A DNA stretch of 64,000 nt, taken from NCBI GenBank assembly GCA_052327205.1, contig CM126217.1, forward strand, positions 38,750,001 to 38,814,000, written 5' to 3'. This stretch comes from Somniosus microcephalus (taxonomy: Eukaryota). The notes beneath the pieces were generated by a model that was given only the letters and a program-made list of their open reading frames with translations, made no database searches and was not told the DNA's origin. Positions 58,052 through 64,000 of the stretch are shown here, in pieces. The position numbers and the translations under genes are program-made. The stretch's first letter is position 1, and every line of letters begins with the position of its first letter.

Positions 58052-60913
58052 TCAGTACCGTGTCCCTGCCTTTTCCCCATATCCCTTGATCCCTTTAGCC
58101 TCAAGAAATATATCCAACTCTTTCTTGAATATATTTAATGAACTGGCCTCCACCGCCCTCTGTGGCAGAGAATTCCACAGGTTCACCACTCTCTGGGTAA
58201 AGAAATTCCTCCTCATTTCAGTCCTAAATGGCTTACCCCTTATCCTTAGACTATGACCCCTGGTTCTGGACTCCCCGGCCATCAGAAACATCCTTCCTGC
58301 ATCTAGTCTGTCCAGACCTGACAGAATTTTATAGGTTTCGATGAGATCCCCTCTCAATCTTCTAAACTCCAGTGAGTATAAGCCCAATCGACACAATCTC
58401 TCCTCATACGTCATTCCTGCCATCCCAGGTATCAGCCTGGTGAATCTTCGCTGCACTCCCTCCATGGCAAGAAGGTCCTTCCTCAGGTAAGGTGACCAAA
58501 ACTGCACACAATACTTAAGGTGCGGTCTCACCAAGGCCCTGTACAACTGTAGCAAGACATCCTTGTTCCTGTACTTGAACCCTCTTGCTACGAAGGCCAA
58601 CATACCATTTGCCTTCTTAACCACCTGCTGCACCTGCATGCTTACCTTCAGCGACTGGTGCACAAGGACACCCAGGTCTCTTTGCACTTCCCCTTCTCCC
58701 AATCTATTGCCATTCAAATAATAATCTGCCTTCCTGTTTTTGCCACCAAAGTGGATAACCTCACATTTATCCACATTATAGTGCATTTGCCATGTTTCTG
58801 CCCAATCACCCAACCTGTCCAAATCGTACTGGAGTTTCCCGACATCTTCCTCGCAGCTTACCCTCCCGCCCAGCTTTGTGTCATCTGCAAATTTGGAGAT
58901 ATTACATCCAATTCCCTCGTCCAGATCATTAATATATATTGTGAACAGCTGGGGTCCTAGGACCGATCCTTGCGGTACCCCACTAGTCACTGCCTGCCAC
59001 TCGGAAAACAACCCGTTTATTCCAACTCTTTGCTTTCTGTCCGCCAACCAGTTCTCTATCCAAGTCAATACCTTGCCCCCAATCCCATGTGCCTTAATTT
59101 TGCACGCTAATCTCTTATGTGGGACCTTATCGAAAGCCTTCTGAAAGTCCAAATACACCACATCCACTGGTTCTCCCTTATCTATTTTACCAGTTACATC
59201 CTCAAAAAATTCCAGTAGATTAGTCAAGCATGATTTACCTTTTGTAAATCCATGTTGACTTTGTCCGATCCTGTCACTGCTTTCCAAGTGCTCTGCTATT
59301 ACATCTTTTATAATAGACTCTAGCATTTTCCCCACTACCGATGTCAGGCTTACCGGTCTATAATTCCCTGCTTTTTCTCTGCCACCCTTTTTGAATAGTG
59401 GGGTAACATTAGCTACCCTCCAATCCATGGGTACCGTTCCAGAGTCTATCGAATTCTGGAAGATGACCAGTAATGCATCTACTATCTCTAGGGCCACTTC
59501 CTTAAGTACCCTGGGATGTAGACCATCAGGCCCTGGGGATTTATCGGCCTTCAGTCCCATCAATTTTCCTAACACCATTTTCCTACAAATACTAATTTCT
59601 TTCAGTTCCTCTCTTTCATCAGACCCGATGTTCCCCGGCATCTCTGGGAGGTTATTTGTGTCCTCCTTTGTGAAGACAGAACCAAAGTATGTATTTAGTT
59701 GGTCTGCCATTTCCTTGTTTCCCATTATAAATTCCCCTGATTCTGACTGTAAGGGACCTACGCTTGACTTCACCAATCTTTTTCTCTTCACATATCTATA
59801 AAAGCGTTTACAGTCAGTTTTTATGTTCCCTGATAGCTTACTCTCATATTCTATTTTCCCTTTCTTAATTAATCCCTTTGTCCTCCTTTGTTGACTCCTA
59901 AACTGCTCCCAATCCTCAGGATTATTGCTTTTTCTAGCCAATTTATATGTCCTCTCCTTGGATCTTATGCTATCCCTAATTTCCCTTGTTAGCCACGGTT
60001 GAGTCACCTTTTTTGTTTTATTTTTATGCCAAACTGGGGTGAACAAATTCTGTAGCTCATCCATTCGGTCTTTGAATGTTTGCCATTGCCTATCCACCGT
60101 CAACCCTTTGAGCGCCATTCCCTACTCAACCCTACCCAACTCGCTCCTCAGACCATCGTAGTTTCCTTTATTTAAATTGAGGACCCTTGTCTCTGAGTCA
60201 ACTACTTCATTCTCCATCTTAATGAAGAATTCAATCATATTATGATCGCTCTGACCCAAGGGGCCTCGTACAACAAGATTGCTAATTAATCCTTTCTCGT
60301 TACATAATACCCAGTCTAAGATGGCCTGATCTCTGGTTGGTTCCTCGACATATTGGTCCAGGAAACCATCCCGTAAACACTCCAGGAATTCCTCCTCCAC
60401 AGTATTGTTACTAATTTGGTTGGCCCAATCTATATGTAGATTAAAGTCACCCATGATGACTGCTGTGCCCTTATTGCACGCTTCTTTAATTTCCCTTTTA
60501 ATGCCATCCCCAACCTCCGCCTTACTGTTGGGAGGTCTATATACCACTCCCACTAATGTTTTTTTCCCCTTAGTATTTCTCAATTCTACCCATACAGATT
60601 CCACATCATCAGAGCTAATATCCTTCATTACAATTGTATTAATCCCTTCTTTAACCAGTAATGCTACCCCACCTCCCTTTCCTTTTTGCCTATCTTTCCT
60701 GAATATCGAATCCCCTTGGATGTTGAGTTCCCAGTCTTGGCCATCCTTGAGCCACGTTTCTGTAATCCCAACCAAATCGTATTTGTTTACCTCTATTTGC
60801 GCAGCCAATTCATCCACCTTATTACAAATGCTCCTCGCATTAAGACACAAAGCCTTCAGGCTTGTTTTTTTAATGCTCTTAGACCTATTAGAATTATTAT
60901 TTACTGTGGCCAC
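58052..60913 (-). pseudogene. CR1 ORF2 interrupted by a single in-frame TAG at 60122-60124
   Basis: ORFs 60122-60913 and 58052-60118 are in the same frame. The stop aligns with Trp (LGKIDW) of the intact copy at 46913. Confidence 0.9.
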
Positions 60914-61035
60914 GTTTGATTTAAACCGTTGATTTCTCTGATTGCCACTTTTGTTTTTCTCCTTCCTATCTTTTGCTTTTATCCCTGTTTTCCTTTCCTC
61001 TGTCTCCCTGCTCAGGTTCCTAACCCCCTGCCATT

Positions 61036-61986
61036 TTAGTTTAAACCCCCCCGAACAGTGCTAGCAAACCTCCCCGCAAGGATATTTGTCCCGCTCTGGT
61101 TCAGGTGCAACCCGTCCGACTTGTACAAGTCCCACCTTCCCCAGAAGCAGGCCCAGTGCTCCAGGAAACTAAAGCCCTCCCTCCTGCACCAAGTCTTTAG
61201 CCACGCATTCATCTGCTCTATCCTCCTATTCCTATACTCACTAGCACGTGGCACCGGGAGTAATCCAGAGATTACAACCTTTGAGGTCCTACTCTTTAAT
61301 CTGCTACCTAGCTCCCTAAATTCTTGCTGCAGGACCTCATCCCTCTTCCTACCTATGTCGTTGGTCCCAATGTGAACCACGACCTCTGCCTGGTCACCCT
61401 CCCCCTTCAGAATGCCCTGCAGCCGTTCAGTGACATCCTTGACCCTGGCACCAGGGAGGCAACAAACCATCCTGGAGTCACGTCTACGGCCACAGAACTG
61501 TCTATCTGTTCCCCTTATGACAGAATCCCCTACCACTATTGCTCTCCCACTCTTTTTCTTCCCTTCCTGAGCAGCAGAAGCACCCCCGGTGCCAGGAAGT
61601 TGGCTGCTGCTGCCTTCCTCTGGTGAGTCATCCCCCTCAACAGTATCCAAATTGGTATACCTGTTTGAAAGGGGGATGGCCACAGGGGTCCCCTGCACTA
61701 CCTGCCTGCTTCTACTGCTCCGCCTGGTGGTCACCCATTTCCCTTCTGCCTGTGCAGCCCTACCCTGCGGCGTGACCAACTCATCATACGTGTAATCCAC
61801 GACCATCTCAGCATCGTGAATGCTCCACAACCCATCCATCCACAGCTCCAGCGCCTCAATACGGCCCGTTTGTAGCTGCAGCTGGATGCATTTCTGGCAC
61901 ACGTGGTCATCAGGGACACTGGCAGCATCCCTGAATTCCCACATAGAGCAAGAGGAGCATAACACGGGGCTGGGCTCTCCTGGCAT
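61036..61986 (-). CDS. CR1 ORF1: zinc finger/leucine zipper + SGNH esterase domain
   Basis: CSSC...CQKC; VVGDS, CLPGA, HIGTND, DGLHLN. Confidence 0.92.
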   Translation of the reverse strand: MPGEPSPVLCSSCSMWEFRDAASVPDDHVCQKCIQLQLQTGRIEALELWMDGLWSIHDAEMVVDYTYDELVTPQGRAAQAEGKWVTTRRSSRSRQVVQGTPVAIPLSNRYTNLDTVEGDDSPEEGSSSQLPGTGGASAAQEGKKKSGRAIVVGDSVIRGTDRQFCGRRRDSRMVCCLPGARVKDVTERLQGILKGEGDQAEVVVHIGTNDIGRKRDEVLQQEFRELGSRLKSRTSKVVISGLLPVPRASEYRNRRIEQMNAWLKTWCRREGFSFLEHWACFWGRWDLYKSDGLHLNQSGTNILAGRFASTVRGGLN

Positions 61987-63059
61987 GACTTACCCCTTTA
62001 ATTAATTTAAATTAATTCAATACCACCAGTTAAAGATATACTCTAGGGCGCTTATTTACCAACTGTCCCCACTACACCACAGAGACCCAAGAAATTATAA
62101 ACCGCAGAATTTAATCTTGTAATAAAAGAAATACTCACCAACCAATCACTTACCTGCTTCCTGGTGACGTCACATTTGGATTACTTTTTACCTCTCTCCT
62201 CTGCTGTTGAATTGGTATACCTCGTTCGCTGCCGCCGCTCTTAACTGCCGCCGGTCGCGCCTCTGCTCTCTCCCAGGTCCAAGCTCTCTCAGGGCCAGGG
62301 AACGGAGGATAGAATGGTTGCCACAGTTCTTCAATCAGCTGGTTTTCAAGTCAATGCAGGCTGGTTCCATTATTGGTATCAGTTACAACTGGTCCAAGTA
62401 TCCTGTAGATATTGAACCCTTAAACTGCTGGGTGGTTAGATGGCAGGTTTCCTGGGCTGGTCATTTGTTTTGTGTTTTAAGCTTAATTACTGGTGGTAAA
62501 ACAAATTATTGCAACAGTGAAGGCAGTCAAATGCCAGGAGGAGTTTTATTGCCATTGTATTAACCCTGTAAAAAAGAACTTGCATTTATATAGTGCCTTT
62601 CATATCCTCAGGATGTCCCAGAATACTTTACAACCAATGAAGTATTTTTTAAGTGTTGCCACTGTTGTAATGTAGGAAATGCATTACAACTAAAATAAAC
62701 ACCAACATTTTAAATAGACATTTAAAATAAACACAACTTCTGCTTGTCCAGACTTTCCTCCTCACTATTCTGTTTTTATTATTTTAACTTTACATTTATT
62801 TTAATTTTTATATCTTAAAACACTTGAGCCTCAAAATTACTGTTGATGATAGCAGATGATTGCTTAACACTTCTGTATGACATTCCTCTGTCTGCCATTT
62901 TAGTGGAGGTGCTATCTATTTATAATAAATGGGACATTCCTGTTTTAAAATAGCCCTTAGAGGATGTTATGCAAATTCATAAAGTGCAGCTAGCTAATAT
63001 TTCCAGCAGTAATTCCTAAACATCCCAGGATGTTTTCTTCCTTTCATTGATTTGAAATG

Positions 63060-64000
63060 AACTCTATGGGCTCCAGCAACTGCACTGACTAAATCCCCAC
63101 TGTCCAGCCTGTGGTCCTCCATTCACCATGACATTTCTGCAGCTACTGATCTGCTCAACCACACCCTCACCACCACCGTTGATGCCTTAGTCCCTGTTAA
63201 AACAATTACCCTCTCTCATCCTGGTCATTTCCCCCTGGTATGGCCTCATCTTCGCTCCCTTAAGTCCAAGGAACACAGACTTGAAAAGATATGACAGACA
63301 ACTGGTTTAGCCTTTCACCACCAGATCTGGCCGGACAACTGGTTTACCCATTCACCACCAGATCTGGCCAGATAACTGGTTTACCCATTTACCACCCGAT
63401 CTGGCTGGATCACATAAAGCATTATCGGGTCCTGCTCATCTGCCAAAACTGCTCACTATTCCAGAATCATTCTGGAATGCAAAGATAAACCCCAGCTTCT
63501 AATCTCTACTGCTAGCCGTCTTCTTAAACCCCTCTCCCCTGTCTTCTCCACCCTCACCTCCAACAACAAATGTGAGGAGCTCATGGACTTCTTTGTCTCT
63601 AAGATTGAGACCATCCGTTCAACTGCCTCTGCTACTTCCCTTCCTTCCCCTAGCCCACCAAACTTAGCCCTGAACTCGCATCTTTCTCTAGTTTCTCTCC
63701 ACTCTCCCCTCATGCTCTTCGTGCTCATCTTGTCCATGAGACCCACTTCCTGCTCCCTCAACCCTATTCCCACTAAACTGCTGACCACCCAACTTCCTTT
63801 TCTGGCTCCCATGTTAGCTGACATTCTCTCTCCTCAGGTATTGTTCCCCTCTCCCTCAAATCTGCCATCATCACCCCTCGCCTCAAAAAACAACCCTTGA
63901 CCCCTCCATCCTTGCAAACTACAGCCCCATCTCCAACCTCCCTTTCCTCTCAAGTCCTTGAAGGTGATGTCTCCTCCCAAATCTGTGCCCATCCATCTCC
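63060..64000 (+). mobile_element. Degenerate L2-type LINE ORF2 fragment with a 3x ~37-bp tandem duplication (~63298-63410)
   Basis: CEELMDFFVSKIETIRS...MRPTSCSLNPIPTKLL...LDPSILANY.PISNLPFL. Confidence 0.8.

Larger units (their letters stand above)
57957..62295 (-). mobile_element. Full-length CR1 LINE (5' UTR, ORF1, ORF2 with one nonsense codon, 3' tail)
   Basis: ORF1 61986-61036, ORF2 60913-58052 and the 3' tail (aaacatagaaacatag) at 57957. Confidence 0.93.

Noticed and set aside
46987-61995. Numerous antisense ORFs over CR1, Gypsy and Harbinger coding regions
   Set aside because: Shadow ORFs of TE coding strands; they recur in each copy only because the copies are homologous.

Overview
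Eukaryotic, repeat-dominated vertebrate DNA, almost certainly from a cartilaginous fish (shark). The evidence is HER1-type CR1 LINEs, an HE1/V-SINE, SacSINE/Deu-SINE-like and LF-SINE-like repeats, and shark-type Penelope pLTR palindromes. The only host gene I can reconstruct is a 6-exon uroplakin-3-like gene on the + strand (CDS 7239-21436, about 229 aa). It is absent from the ORF track because it is spliced. The rest is transposable elements: three Ty3/Gypsy LTR elements (one intact with identical 226-bp LTRs, one dead, one internally deleted), a deleted hAT, a two-gene PIF/Harbinger element plus relatives, many CR1/L2 LINEs (one full-length, one with an intact ORF2) and SINEs, often nested with readable target-site duplications (TSDs). 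Two signals stand out. (i) The 5' UTR of the intact Gypsy carries a tandem array of three near-consensus CTCF motifs, a possible vertebrate counterpart of the fly gypsy insulator. (ii) Small palindromic Penelope-derived inserts have 13-bp TSDs, and the younger copy carries a minimal hammerhead ribozyme on each strand. All family names come from recalled motifs, not database searches.
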